Shown here: piece after piece, positions 36,001-63,576 of the stretch | Numbering within the stretch: the first letter of the stretch is position 1 | How the letters are laid out: the number at the start of each line of letters is the position of its first letter | Notes under the pieces: generated by a model | Database searches by the model: none | Told to the model about the DNA's origin: nothing | The model's input: only the letters and a program-made list of their open reading frames with translations | Translations under genes and position numbers: made by a program | NCBI GenBank assembly: GCA_030141605.1 | Contig: JAQGDQ010000388.1 | Coordinates: 124,001 to 188,000, forward strand | Source: Tubiluchus corallicola | Lineage: Eukaryota > Animalia > Priapulida | Direction of reading: 5' to 3' | Length of the DNA stretch: 64,000 nucleotides

Positions 36001-39000
36001 CAGCTAAAGAAGATTTAGCAAGGCACTCTCTCGTGACAGTAGTAGATGGCATTTTGTTCATATCTGCCACAACTTCATTTTCCCTTCCTTGAGCACAGAG
36101 TGTGAAATAATGATTCAGCAATTCCGAGGTCTGCAAAAAATATTTTGGGTTTAAATGCATTAGAAGGTGCCACCATTAAATCATTTAGTATTTAATTGTA
36201 AGCTTAGGTAAAATAGCATCACATACTGATTTGGTTCAAACACAAGCATTTAGTATCAACTATCAACCAAGTGCTGCTGAAGATTACCGTATTTTCCCAT
36301 GTATAAGAGACCCTTGTGTATAAGAGACCCCTTCAATTTTTAGGCAAAAATTCTGGAAAAAAGTTTTTTGGTAATGAATAACTTTATTCATCATAGAAAT
36401 CATTAAATTCCTCATCACTCTCATCAAAAATATCAACTGGAGTCAGACCTTTTAGTTTGAAATTTGCAGGATAAGAAGCACGTTTTTTAATTTCGGGCAT
36501 TGCTTACAATAGCTTCATAGTCGAACGCGACACGCCTTCCTTAGGCTGACTCATCTCGTTGACCTCTGCCGACGTATCAATGATGTCGACGGGCATGCAG
36601 AGAGCTTATGCAGATGCGTTGATTGGCTGCAGAACAATCGATTTCTCTCCAATACCAAAGAGACATTTAAAAAAATAATAACTTACCCGGTACATTAATT
36701 TTATCATTAGAATTTAGCCATGGAGAAGATTTATTGAAAGGAAACTATAATTATTCGAAATAAAACAGTTGTAGAGCACTTATTTCTTTAAAATCATTAG
36801 TGTAAAATGCATCTTATTGAAAAGACTTACTCCCATGTATAAGAGACCCCCTATTTTTAAAGTGAAAATTCTGATCAAAAAAGGGTCTCTTATACACGGG
36901 AAAATACGGTACATGCCTCCATATCTTTAATTTTTGCCCATAATACAGCTTTATTTTAAGGCTGACAAACTGTGCAAAAAAGCAACCGCGAACAAGAAAA
37001 CAAGTCCAGATGATGAGGAAACATAGTTCACCTGATATAAAGTGCCATCTTCTATCACAGTGTCAAACTCATTGTTGAGAATTTCTGCTATAAAATATTC
37101 CACTTCATGTGGTTCCAGATTATCTGAAAATAAATATTGTATTATGCAGCAGGCAACAAAGCACGCACAATCTTGATCATATGTTTCCATACACGATGCA
37201 TGTCATGAACGTGGAACTTTTCTTGGAAACTGGTATTAAAGCTGACGCACAAGAAGGCAGCTGGTAGACTAATTTCCTACAAAGAAAGCCATCATTTCCC
37301 AACAAAAAACCTGATTCAACACATTTAACTACATCATTAAAAATATGCCAGAAACAAAAATATTCCCAAACAAACAAAACAATACATAAATCAATATCTC
37401 CACAACCTTAGGTACAGTAGTGTAATACTGATCACATCTCGTTGATAATAAACGTGTGATCAACAGCACCCAGTCAATAAGTCGTGACCATTAACACTAC
37501 AAGATTAGTTGAAACACCAAGTACTTTTAGAAACTAAAAGTGTACATTATGTAGGAATTGAGGCGTAACTTGGAAGTTACATAAATACGTAAATAATATT
37601 AATATTATGCTACCGTTTTCCTGAAAAAAATGGTACACTGCATCGATCATCCATACTGCTTTGTCCTTGCTGTAAACTCCACCAAATCCTTGCTCCACTG
37701 CCATCTGGAAAGGATTCACAAATTTTTGTATGCAAATTGTATACATGCATGGAGAAACAAAATTGAGTGTCCAACAATTCGTGGTAAAATTGACCACTTG
37801 GCACAAATTATGAGAAGTGAGGCTGGAATAAAACTTTTAATGAGCAAATCTCTTAGTAAATATTTGGTATCAATTTTACTATTGTTCAAAACTGATATAA
37901 CTATATCACATATATATTGTATATATATATATATAATATATTGGTCCATACATGATACACAATTTCAAGACAAATCTTTTAGTCTTGAAATTATTTAAAT
38001 AAAGGGTTTTCTTGTCCTTTAAGTACCTAGTCCTAGACAATTCTCCTGTATTAAGGTAACAAGAGCAGTTTCATTCTACAACACTCATTAATTAGGCCTA
38101 ATCACTTCACCACCACGTGTGTGTGCAAAGGTGTACCGTAGATTTTATTTCCTTCATGAGCTTTTGTTTATGTAGATATACATTCACAAAAAGAAAAACA
38201 CAGGTTTTGACCCAAATTAAAAATTCAAGATGGCCACCTTGACCATTTTATGATGAATCATTTAGAATTTATAATACTGAACATATTTATGCTATGGAAA
38301 CAACAAAATAAAATTTAAGTTGTTATGGATAAGAAAAATATACTTCTAGTATATTCAAAATGGCTGCCAAACAACTTTATTAACTAGGTTACTACATTAT
38401 AACATTTTATAACACTTATAATATGCATCTCATAATTTCACCTCAACACAAAATCATAATTTCACATAAGCAAAAAGCTACAGGCCCAAAAGAGGCCTAC
38501 TAACAGTTTCGACTTATATAGGACTAAAACAAAAATATATTGATTCTGATAAAATCTTCTTAGAAGTAAAACCTAAACGTATGCGTGCAAAGATCCTATA
38601 CAAGCCCAAAGATCGTGTAAACCCTTGTACAAGAACAACAATGCCTCTATAAATTGCTTTCTTTATAGCTACAAATCTCAAAACCTACTTTCGAGAACAC
38701 TTAGAAATATAGGCATATAGCTTGAGAAAGGTGAGAGCACGTGCATATGCAGCAAAACCCCGAAGTGGTCTTGCCATTGACAGCTGAGTACTGGGGATAC
38801 TGGTCTGCAGAGTACTCACTATATGAAAATTAATTTTGTGTCTATGTATTATCAGTAATTTCGCTGGCATGTCAGATAACTGCTTAAGGCAAGCTGAATT
38901 GAGTGATTTGAATGATGTACAAACAGACTCGTCCAACTACTACTGATAAGTTTTTAGGAGTCTCGTTACTTTGCAACTCTGCGTGATTGAGTGACTGATT

Positions 39001-39612
39001 ATATTTTGGTGTAAAATTTAAAATGTTATACGATAAGCCTACAGTAATTAAAAGACAATTTCATGTACTAGCACGAATAGCAGTAACAGACAATACAACA
39101 TTACCGACCTGTACGTTTCATTATTGACAAGTTATAATAGTCATAAGCAGTTGCAAAAACAGCCACAGCAACTATAATGAAGGTACCTTCAATATAAATA
39201 ACCATGATGATGGAATCTGACCAAATCACTGTTAAGTGTTATAACAATACTGCCTAAACAGTTAGTAGGTAAGAATAACAATTAGTATTGGAGTACCTCA
39301 GATATCACATTATTAGCTATTTACAAAAATGATAAAATTCTGCATCAACTAAGCATTATTATTACGACCCATCATACTTCACTAGTACTAGTAAGTGGTA
39401 GTACATAAGTGTTAAGTAAATAAAATAAGAACAGAAAAGATAGCCAATCACGATAGCAAGATAAAATTAATATAACAACATGCAGACACTGCACAAACAC
39501 GGTGCAGAACATATTCGTTCAATAAAAGTATTTGTACCTGTAAGGCAGGCCAACAATCGAAGACTTTTTCGATAGCATCGTGAAATACTCGACTAGAACT
39601 GGTGGCTGCCAT
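33042..39612 (-). CDS. TSR2: Pre-rRNA-processing protein TSR2 (eS26 escortin), 184 aa
   Basis: Exons 39612-39538, 37704-37614, 37123-37032, 36130-35987, 34176-34101, 33118-33042. All GT-AG, phases consistent, 555 nt. Motifs WPALQMAVEQGFGG (WGG domain), EFDTVIEDG, an acidic linker and C-terminal GWTLVTHKKRK. Confidence 0.93.
36287..36909. mobile_element. pogo/Tc2-like MITE in TSR2 intron 3
   Basis: TIRs CCGTATTTTCCCATGTATAAGAGACCC / GGGTCTCTTATACACGGGAAAATACGG, with TA flanks and internal copies of GTATAAGAGACCC. Confidence 0.85.
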
Positions 39613-40078
39613 ATTGTGCAACAAAAACAATATGGGACAACTTATTTGTCGTGTAAAGTCTCTGCACTCTCTAATCTCTATCACTTTGTCATTGATAGCT
39701 TCTGGTTTCTGTAAACTGGCCTGTTTCACTCATTTATTTTTATTTTAATTATAAATTACAAAAATAATCATTGTTATAAAAATGGTTTCCATGCATTTAG
39801 ACATAAATACATGATTTCTCGCTTTGTAAACGATGAATAATGGACACTGCAATTCCGATTAACTTGCTATAGTGATTAGTAAGGTTGTAGACGTCAGACC
39901 TGATATAAATTAAATTAAAATAAAAACATAAAATGACGATCCACAAACAAATACTGACTCATTGACTACTGACTAACTGGCTCACTGACTGGCTTTGACC
40001 ATCAGAAAACAATGAGCTACACCAAGTCATCGTAACTATACTACTACAGCGCATTTATTACACAAGCTGCGCGTTTTG

Positions 40079-40586
40079 GCTGTTCTACAACCTTTGTTGC
40101 TGTATTGGACATAAGCACATGATGCCTCCTTGTGTTTGTTTTGTTTTTTGCAAAATTCGGCTATTGATCGACAGATGTGCTAGGACAGGAACTAGTCCAT
40201 TAGCCTCATTTTGGAGACAGGATAGGAAGGAAGTCATTTTTGTTCAGTACTTCATGTCGTTTTATAACAACATGTCAGTCGAGTTCTCTTTAGCAAGTTA
40301 GTAAGATGCAGCAAAGATGTAAGTTTGATTTCTTCGTTTTTCGTCATATTACTACTCATTTTCATTATTACAATTAATTAATTTTTTGACATTGGATTAT
40401 CAAAAACTGTTTTAATTTGCTTCAGATAAAACGAGGTCAAGCCGCACATAATATGTCAGTCAGTCAGTCAAGTATGTCATGATATGATAGTGATTCTGGA
40501 ATATGACGATGATTATTTTGGACAATAAAAAATCATGAATTACGTCTAAAAGACTGTTGGACTTGAATTTAGTGCATGTCGTGCAC
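40079..40586. repeat. Dispersed ~500-bp repeat, copy 1 (unclassified; copy 2 at 59360-59866)
   Basis: Collinear, same-orientation similarity along its length, e.g. tgcctccttgtgtttg, ttctctttagcaagttagtaagatgc, aaagactgttggacttg. Confidence 0.85.
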
Positions 40587-40702
40587 AGTTGCACAGTAAT
40601 AATAGCCGGGTGCTAGTTCTAGTAGTCAAGTCTTATGTCAAGATAAATCTTTTATCATTTCGTTGGATACATAAATTTGCCTTTAAATGTCACCAACGTG
40701 AC

Positions 40703-41643
40703 TGTAACGTGCCGAGGGTTATTTGGTTTAAAACAAAATAACTACTGCCACTATTGTAACGTTTTGTAACCTATAACGCTATTACATTCCTAATTTTTAT
40801 ATAACGATCAGGAAAATATACCACATGTATTTTCACGGGTTCGTCTGCTGTTTTTTTAAGGCTGTTTAGTTAAAAACAAAACAAGATGAAACAAATTTTA
40901 AAGCTATAATTATTACAAAAGAAGAGTATAACAACAAGTCAACAATAAGAGCTCAAAAATTACTATTAGTGGCTTGCTGTGAAAACCCCCAAGGAAAGAT
41001 GAGGATAGGAAAATGAATGCGCATAACTTATCTGAATGTTCATGACGATGTTGTGCACAACTTGACGATCGTCCCACAATGACAACGCTGACGCCGGCAA
41101 TATGACAATCCTCCATGAGCCATAACAATGCAGATGACGACAGCTAATCCACAGCATCCAGCAACCCTCTTGTAGTCTACAACACGAACGTACCAACAGC
41201 TGACTGGAATGGAATAACATCACACTTCTGTGGCTTGACCAGCTCTTCAAACCATGCAACAGCAACGAGACTGAGAAAGACAGGCTATACAACAGGAACA
41301 CTGTCCTTTTGGCCAAAACAACACTTAGCTCAGCTCTCCATGGTAAAGAAGTTACATCACAGATCGTGTACCAGCCTTTCCAGACGAATACGTTAACTAC
41401 AGGTATACTGGAACATGCCCACTGGTCAGACCAACAACTAAAGTCTGTACCAGTGAAAAATATCAACTCAACTGTCCAGAACAGGTATTTCTTTTTCTGC
41501 ATAAGCAAACGAAGCACTCCAACAGGTAAGTACAAACCATTTTAACTGACAGGGGTGAGGAGATGATGAAATTGAAAGAACACATACAGCAATGCAAGCC
41601 AAGCAAGCCATTTACTATCAAAATTAGCAACATGCACCTCACA
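40703..41643 (-). repeat. 3' LTR
   Basis: TG...CA termini (tgtaacgtgcc...cacctcaca), near-identical to 47152-48090. Polypurine tract GGAGGGGGGT is adjacent on the minus strand at ~41645-41655. Confidence 0.93.
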
Positions 41644-42173
41644 ATACCCCCCTCCAAGTAAACTCGGATATCTGAAATTTTCAAATGAAGTTCCGAGTAC
41701 AATAGATCATTTAGCAAACAATACACACAAAAAACATTATCAAAATGACACAATAACATAATTAGCAAAATGTCACAATCAAAATGATCAACAAAATATC
41801 ATAATAATCAACACGTTTAGCGAACTTGCATAAAAATATGCAGCTCATTGATCATATACAACATGTTAAGCAATACTACTAAAAGAACAAACCAGCACAG
41901 TTAGCAAAAACAATCTAAAAGGAAGAGAATTCGGCCGTTAACTCATCAACCTTTCAATCCATCCTGGGAAAACCAAAGCAGGCCTAACAAAATAATTATG
42001 CAAAAACAACAATAGAGCACAAATGGCAAAATGATCATACACTGTGCATAAATAATATTTGATTCAAAACATACAAATCAACATTAGCCAAAAAATTAAG
42101 CAAATCTCTGAGGGAAATACTATGCATTCATTAACGCTTTTTAGAAAAGGTTTTCCTTTAACTTAGGAAATCT

Positions 42174-42636
42174 TTAGAACCTGGAGAGCGCATCAGCTAC
42201 TCTGTTATCAGTACCTTTAACAGATTCAACTCTGTAGCTATATTCGCTCAAAATAAGGCTCCATCTACATAACCTACGATTATTTCTTTTGATTTTTGGC
42301 AAAGCCAATAGAGAACGCTGATCCGTTCTCAATACAAAAGTAACTGCTTCAAGATAAAATTTCAATTTTTCGATACAAAAAATTATTGCAAGCAGCTCTA
42401 TTTCAACTGCGCTGTAGTTGCGCTCAGCAGGAGTCAGTTTACGACTGACATACATGATTGGGACTTCTCCTAAGTCACCCTGAATCTGGGATAGTACACC
42501 CCCAAGGCCAATCAGACTTGCATCTGTGGTTAGTATGAATTCTAGGGAAAAGTCTGGAGAGTGAAGTACAGAGTCAGATGTTATAGCATCACGTAAAGCA
42601 ACAAAACTCTCCTCACACGCATCATCCCATTCGACT
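42174..42636 (-). pseudogene. RT connection / RNase H remnant of pol, out of frame with the upstream ORF
   Basis: VEWDDACEESFVALRDAITSDSVLHSPDFSLEFILTTDASLIGLGGVLSQ...YVSRKLTPAERNYSAVEIELLAI...TDQRSL...NRVADALSR, with gypsy RNase H motifs TDAS, E.E.LA, TD and ADALSR. Confidence 0.88.
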
Positions 42637-45600
42637 TACTGTACGCACCTCTTCTAAAGACTGTGTAGCCACAGCTAAGGGGGGAAAAGCATAATCAGGA
42701 AGTTGTCCAACCTCAGAAGGACTGAGTTCCCTATCATACACAAGAACTTCATTGTTATCAGGGTTACTGCCTACACACACATCACAAATGTCATCATCAT
42801 CAGTGACAGCAGAACTAAAACAACATTGACTAACACGACCATTATAGAGAATTAACTGCTCCTCACGATCATGGTAAGGTTTCAACAAGTTAATATGGAA
42901 TGATCGAATTTTTCTCTTTCTGCCTGTTCCACCCATATCAATTTTGTAGTTCACATCTGATATCTTATCGGTTACAACATAGGGACCTCTATGACCACGA
43001 TTAAGTTTACCAGGTTTTGCTGGTTTAAGAAGCATGACTTTCTGGCCAACCTCTAGAGTTCGTGCACTAGCCATATTATTAAACCATTTCTCTTGAGCTA
43101 TTTTAGCATCATGTAAGGCAGAATGGGCATTATCTGTTGCCTCTTGAATTGAGTTTATAATTTTACTAACGTATTCATCAATTGATTCAGTATTGGCAGG
43201 AAGTGCAAATCCCTGTGTTTCTCTGTAAGCAGCAAGGGGACCACGTACTTTGAATCCAAAAACAAGCTCATTTGGTGAATAACCAAGACTTTCTTGCACA
43301 ACTTCTCTATATGCAAACAACAGCATTGGAATCATTTCATCCCAAGGAATAGGGTGCTTTTCATGCAAGAGTTTCAAGATTGAATGTTTCAAAGTTTGAT
43401 TATAACGCTCTACCAAACCATTAGCTTGAGCATGATATGGGCTGGTTGTAATACCTTTGACACCAAGTGTTTTTTCCAGATCTCTAAGCATCTGGGATGT
43501 AAACTGGGTACCTTTGTCAGTAATAATCTGTCTTGGGATACCATACCGACTGATGAACTGAAGTAAAGCTTTTACAACTGTGGTCGTTTCAATATTAGAA
43601 AGAGGATAGCAATCCGGATACCTTGTAGCATGGTCAACAATTACTAATGCGTACCGATTGCCACTAGGTGTCCGAGAAGTGCCTAAGGGTCCAATAAGGT
43701 CCATACCAATAGTGTGAAATGGAACTGAAGGGATTGGAAGGGGTCTTAATCTAGCACGTTCAGAAGTTTTTACACGTGAAGACTTTTGACAAGGAAGGCA
43801 AGTTTTGCAGTATTGCTGCACAGTGCGCTTCAGGTGAGGCCAGGTATATTCTGCCAAAATTCGGTGTAAAGTTTTCTTTACTCCCATGTGACCAGCTAAT
43901 GGATTATCATGGGCCAAGTGCAAAATTTCACGACGTCTACATTTAGGTACTACCAATAACTCATGTGGTGTATCACCACGTCGCTCACGACCCAAGTAAA
44001 ATAGCACATCGTCACGTATGTAATACCCTTTACCAACAGCTTGTGCCTCAGCTTCCGTACCAGCACGATCACGGATATTACGTAAAGATATATCGTCCTT
44101 TTGTTCCTGTATGAGTTTTTGCCTATTAGATTCTAGAAGCTTCTGATAATCCAAAGTGTTTTTTTCTACTTGATGAGAATGGGGTGCAGCATCCATTTGG
44201 AGTTTATCTTCAAGCTCCCTTTCACGCCTTGTTTCAGCTTCTATGCGTGCTATTTGAGACCTTGTTGCAACATAGGTAGGCTGTGGATTTCGGCCCATGG
44301 AAACAGACTGCCCAGGATCTGACTCGGATACAGATTGATCACAGAGTAGAGCATCAGGCAATTTATTTGAAGAACTAGGAAAAGGTTCATAAGCTGTTTC
44401 GATATCATTACCAAGAAGCAAGAATGGGATCGGGGCAGTGTTAGAAATGCACACAGTTAACCAACCAGAAATACGGTCACTCTCTACAACTACTTTGGCA
44501 AGTTGGTAGCTTTTAACATCACCATGTATGCATCGTATTTTAGCGGAAGTGCCTGGTATTGTTTGTCTTGGATGAACAAACTTAGAATGCAAAATGGACA
44601 TATGTGCACCACTGTCTCTTTGGCATGTAAGGTCATAACCATTGACACGAACAGGGAAACAAAATGGTTTAGTATGTGCAGGTATTTTGTTATCATCATT
44701 TACACATTGATCAGAGGAGCTAATGGAATCAGTATTCTCTCTTATACCCACATATTGGCGAGCTGCTCTATCAGGTTGTTTCTCTAATGTAGGTTTGTTT
44801 TTAGAATAATTTTTATTCTGAAGAGGCTCACTCCTACTCTGAGGAAACTTTGCTTGAGCACAGTCAGCCCTTCTATGGCCCCAAAGGCCACAAGTAAAAC
44901 AACGAATATTACTGTCGGAACCTTTAATAAAAGTATTTGTATTTTGTTTATTGTCACCATTTTTCTCTTGAAATTGCAAGCCTTTGGCTCTATACTGGTT
45001 TCTGAAAGAAAATATCTTGTTACTCCTAGCTGCCAAATAACGGTCAGCACATTCAGCCATATGTTCATAGCTGCCCTGTTCAATAGTACGCAAATGAATG
45101 GACATTTCCGGGGGCATAGAATTAAAAATCTGTTCAAGAGCAATCTGTTGGACAACCAACTTGAGAGTGTTTGCTCCAACAGCATTGAGCCAGTCATGAG
45201 CACATTTTTCCACTCTCACAAAGAACTGCCTGTAAGTTTCATCAGGTTGGCGTTTTAAAGTACGGAATCTTTCTCGGTAAGTGTCACTACTTAAAACATA
45301 AGTGTCAATCAAGGCTTTCTTAACAAAACCATAGTTTCGCATTTCAGACACTGGACATTGCTGATAACATATTGCAGCACGACCTGATAAACTCGGTGCT
45401 AGGTTTGCCATATAATCAGTTTCATTAATACCATTGCTTATCATAGCTGCTTCAAAATACTCGAGATAAGAATGGATCGAATCTTTTGCTTCAGAAAAAT
45501 TCCGAATCTTTACACGAGGGAGTCTGGAGGACTGTGCACTATCAAGTGCATTAGTGGAAGTAGCAGAAGGACCAAGAGCTGCCGACTGGTGGCGTGCTCT

Positions 45601-46242
45601 TTCACAGTTCAATTGTGCCACAGCGATCCTTTCTTGTGCCTGCAACAGCTGAATCATAACATCTTTTCTGTCTTTTTCTGGTACCATAGAAACCTCTTTT
45701 AAAGTTGGTAACTGAATGGGCGATTGACCTGTTGAGGACAGTTCTTGGTGTTTGGAAACACCCTGTACATTTTCATGTGATGTGGTCTGGACGAAAGAAG
45801 GACCTAGCCCGCCAGCAACATTTGACAACAACGCTGCTGGGTTAGAAAATTGTGAAGTTGGTAGAAGCCATGGCTGTTCAAAGCCAGAGCCCTCAACTTG
45901 TTGAGTGACACCCTCCATATCATTAGTGTTAACAGTTAAACCTTCTGGTTTCAACACCTTACTGCGAACTGATTGCTCCGACACAACAGTAGATTCATCT
46001 TTACTCTCTGTTGTAACTTGTTCATCAACATTTAAAGTTTGGCCAATAGCTGCATTGTTAGGTAAAGCATCACCATTATTCATATTCTCTGTGGTTTGAT
46101 GTCCTAAAACTCTATGTATCATGTCATCTTTTAATGTGGAAGTTGGAACTTTGTCCCCATATTCCTTTAATATTTCTTGTAATTCAGATTTTGTAAAACT
46201 AGACAATTCTTCTAATGTGTATTGTTTGATTTTCCCTGACAT
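42622..46242 (-). CDS. Gag-protease-integrase polyprotein (1206 aa)
   Basis: N-terminal helix-extended-helix-like segment, SCAN/capsid-like region, CCHC knuckle CFTCGLWGHRRADC, protease DSGA, integrase HHCC (HDNPLAGH...CLPC), catalytic core (MDLIGP, TDKGTQF, VERYN) and GPY/F motif. No YxDD RT motif. Confidence 0.92.
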   Translation of the reverse strand: MSGKIKQYTLEELSSFTKSELQEILKEYGDKVPTSTLKDDMIHRVLGHQTTENMNNGDALPNNAAIGQTLNVDEQVTTESKDESTVVSEQSVRSKVLKPEGLTVNTNDMEGVTQQVEGSGFEQPWLLPTSQFSNPAALLSNVAGGLGPSFVQTTSHENVQGVSKHQELSSTGQSPIQLPTLKEVSMVPEKDRKDVMIQLLQAQERIAVAQLNCERARHQSAALGPSATSTNALDSAQSSRLPRVKIRNFSEAKDSIHSYLEYFEAAMISNGINETDYMANLAPSLSGRAAICYQQCPVSEMRNYGFVKKALIDTYVLSSDTYRERFRTLKRQPDETYRQFFVRVEKCAHDWLNAVGANTLKLVVQQIALEQIFNSMPPEMSIHLRTIEQGSYEHMAECADRYLAARSNKIFSFRNQYRAKGLQFQEKNGDNKQNTNTFIKGSDSNIRCFTCGLWGHRRADCAQAKFPQSRSEPLQNKNYSKNKPTLEKQPDRAARQYVGIRENTDSISSSDQCVNDDNKIPAHTKPFCFPVRVNGYDLTCQRDSGAHMSILHSKFVHPRQTIPGTSAKIRCIHGDVKSYQLAKVVVESDRISGWLTVCISNTAPIPFLLLGNDIETAYEPFPSSSNKLPDALLCDQSVSESDPGQSVSMGRNPQPTYVATRSQIARIEAETRRERELEDKLQMDAAPHSHQVEKNTLDYQKLLESNRQKLIQEQKDDISLRNIRDRAGTEAEAQAVGKGYYIRDDVLFYLGRERRGDTPHELLVVPKCRRREILHLAHDNPLAGHMGVKKTLHRILAEYTWPHLKRTVQQYCKTCLPCQKSSRVKTSERARLRPLPIPSVPFHTIGMDLIGPLGTSRTPSGNRYALVIVDHATRYPDCYPLSNIETTTVVKALLQFISRYGIPRQIITDKGTQFTSQMLRDLEKTLGVKGITTSPYHAQANGLVERYNQTLKHSILKLLHEKHPIPWDEMIPMLLFAYREVVQESLGYSPNELVFGFKVRGPLAAYRETQGFALPANTESIDEYVSKIINSIQEATDNAHSALHDAKIAQEKWFNNMASARTLEVGQKVMLLKPAKPGKLNRGHRGPYVVTDKISDVNYKIDMGGTGRKRKIRSFHINLLKPYHDREEQLILYNGRVSQCCFSSAVTDDDDICDVCVGSNPDNNEVLVYDRELSPSEVGQLPDYAFPPLAVATQSLEEVRTVSRMG

Positions 46243-47139
46243 ATTTATACTTGTACCATAGATTCAATATTTCAAATTGAAAAGAAAATTGTAAAATTTT
46301 TTGTAAATTTTTTCCCACCTTGTACAAGTTTAATTTTATGTAATTAAATTTTCGAGCCACCCTGTACTATGATAATTAAAGTCGCACATTTGTTTATATA
46401 TCGAGTTTGTGGACCACCCTGTACAAATCTATTACTGATAAAATGTGATCACCCTGTAAAGTTTCTTAGCAGGCAAATGTGGGCCACCCTGATCAAATTT
46501 ATTACATTTAAAATGTGACCAACCTGTAAACGTTTTAGCAGGTGAATTGCGAACCAACTGTACTAGTTTACACTTGATTTGTGTTCAGGGTAATTTGCTT
46601 TAAGCAGCTGTGTAAAGCTCTACATAAACCAAAACATTTTAAATTATTATTGCACACGGTTATCAGTCTATACAAGAGCTCGGTTATTTCTCAGCAAACT
46701 GTAAAGTCAAGGTTAACGGCTGTGAAATTATTCTGAGAATTCTATCCCACAGCGCATAGCATATAACGTACAACGCTGTTGAATAAAGAGCTTCCGTTAG
46801 TTGGAAAAATTTTCCACTCTTGAGTTTAAACTGTATACAGGTATTGGCAACTACCAGAAAATCAATGCTAATATTAACGTGAAAACACCCCTATAAAAAT
46901 ATTACAGCTCAATCTAGCTGTTGAATTACCGTGCGCTCTTCATGTCTTCGAAAATGGGTCAACGCAGGTACAAGTCTGCTTATGAACGACCACACAATTT
47001 AAATAAACTGGCTTCTTTACACCAAACAGAAAGTATCACATTAGGGGAAATAATTATCTGATGAAAATATAACAAATTAGCAACATGAAGTGTTTACACT
47101 AAACACCTAAAAAAACTAGTGAGCAGATTTCTCCTAAAA

Positions 47140-47150
47140 CGCTGCCACCA
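47140..47150 (-). other. Primer-binding site, tRNA-Leu-like
   Basis: Minus strand TGGTGGCAGCG lies one base inside the 5' LTR, complementary to a ...CGCUGCCACCA tRNA 3' end as in tRNA-Leu. Confidence 0.75.
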
Positions 47151-47151
47151 T

Positions 47152-48090
47152 TGTAACGTGCCGAGGGTTATTTGGTTTAAAACAAAATAACTACTGCCAC
47201 TATTGTAACGTTTTGTAACCTATAACGCTATTACATTCCTAATTTTTATATAACGATCAGGAAAATATACCACATGTATTTTCACGGGTTCGTCTGCTGT
47301 TTTTTTAAGGCTGTTTAGTTAAAAACAAAACAAGATGAAACATAAATTTTAAAGCTATAATTATTACAAAAGAAGAGTACAACAACAAGTCAACAATAAG
47401 AGCTCAAAATTACTATTAGTGGCTTGCTGTGAAAGCCCCCAAGGAAAGAAGAGGATAGGAAAAATGAATGCGCATAACTTATCTGAATGTTCATGACGAC
47501 GTTGTGCACAACTTGACGATCGTCCCACAATGACAACGCCGACGCCGGCAACATGACAATCCTCCATGAGCCATAACAATGCAGATGACGATAGCTAATC
47601 CACAGCATCCAGCAACCCTCTTGTAGTCTACAACACGAACGTACCAACAGCTGACTGGAATGGAATAACATCACACTTCTGTGGCTTGACCAGCTCTTCA
47701 AACCATGCAACAGCAACAAGACTGAGAAAGACAGGCTATACAACAGGAACACTGTCCTTTTGGCCAAAACAACACAGCTCAGCTCTCCATGGTAAAGAAG
47801 TTACACCACAGATCGTGTACCAGCCTTTCCAGACGAATACGTTAACTACAGGTATACTGGAACATGCCCACTGGTCAGATCAACAACTAACGTCTGTACC
47901 AGTGAAAAGTATCCACTCAACTGTCCAGAACAGGTATTGCTTTTTCTGCATAAGCAAACGAAGCACTCCAACAGGTAAGTACAAACCATTTTAAGTGACA
48001 GGGGTGAGGAGATGATGAAATGAAAGAACACATACAGCAGTGCAAGCCAAGCAAGCCATTTACTATCAAAATTAGCAACACGCACCTCAC
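47152..48090 (-). repeat. 5' LTR (outermost base missing or mutated)
   Basis: Matches 40703-41643 but ends cctcac|t instead of cctcaca. Confidence 0.92.
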
Positions 48091-48548
48091 TTTTCTGTCT
48101 AGAACCTAGTACTGCAATTGTAAGAAACTTTATATTGAAACTCCAATAGTAGCCGTGGAAGCTGTCATTTTGCTTCCAGTTTTTTCTGTTGCCAACCCCA
48201 GACCTTCGTCGAGGAGAGCCACCTACTGGATTTAAACGCAACTTCAGCACGTTCTTGTAAAGTCCATAGCAACCAACATTTGTACGGTTGCTAAGTGTTT
48301 TGTAGAAACGCGACAAAAAACAATGGCTGACTTTAACAAGTGATTTTCTCAAGATTAGGTTTTTCAGTGCAAAGCCTGCACCTCAACAAATGGAGATTCA
48401 CGCTGTGTGAATAACCAGAAAAGCTTAATTGCAGGCTTATGGACGATTTTGCTATGCAAGCACACATATTTGAGTAAATGGTTCAGTACCATAACAAACT
48501 ATCACGTTTAGATAACACAAAAGCTAGACTAAGCAACACCAGACATAC

Positions 48549-63576
<15,028 letters not shown>

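Larger units (their letters stand above)
40703..48090 (-). mobile_element. Gmr1-like Ty3/gypsy LTR retrotransposon, RT core deleted
   Basis: Two ~940-bp LTRs, PBS, PPT, and a gag-protease-integrase ORF followed by an RNase H remnant. PR-IN-(RT)-RH order with gypsy-type sequences is diagnostic of the Gmr1 clade. Confidence 0.93.

Noticed and set aside
40913-41768. ORFs inside the LTRs (also 47364-48352)
   Set aside because: Frames are broken differently in the two LTR copies and show no recognisable domains.
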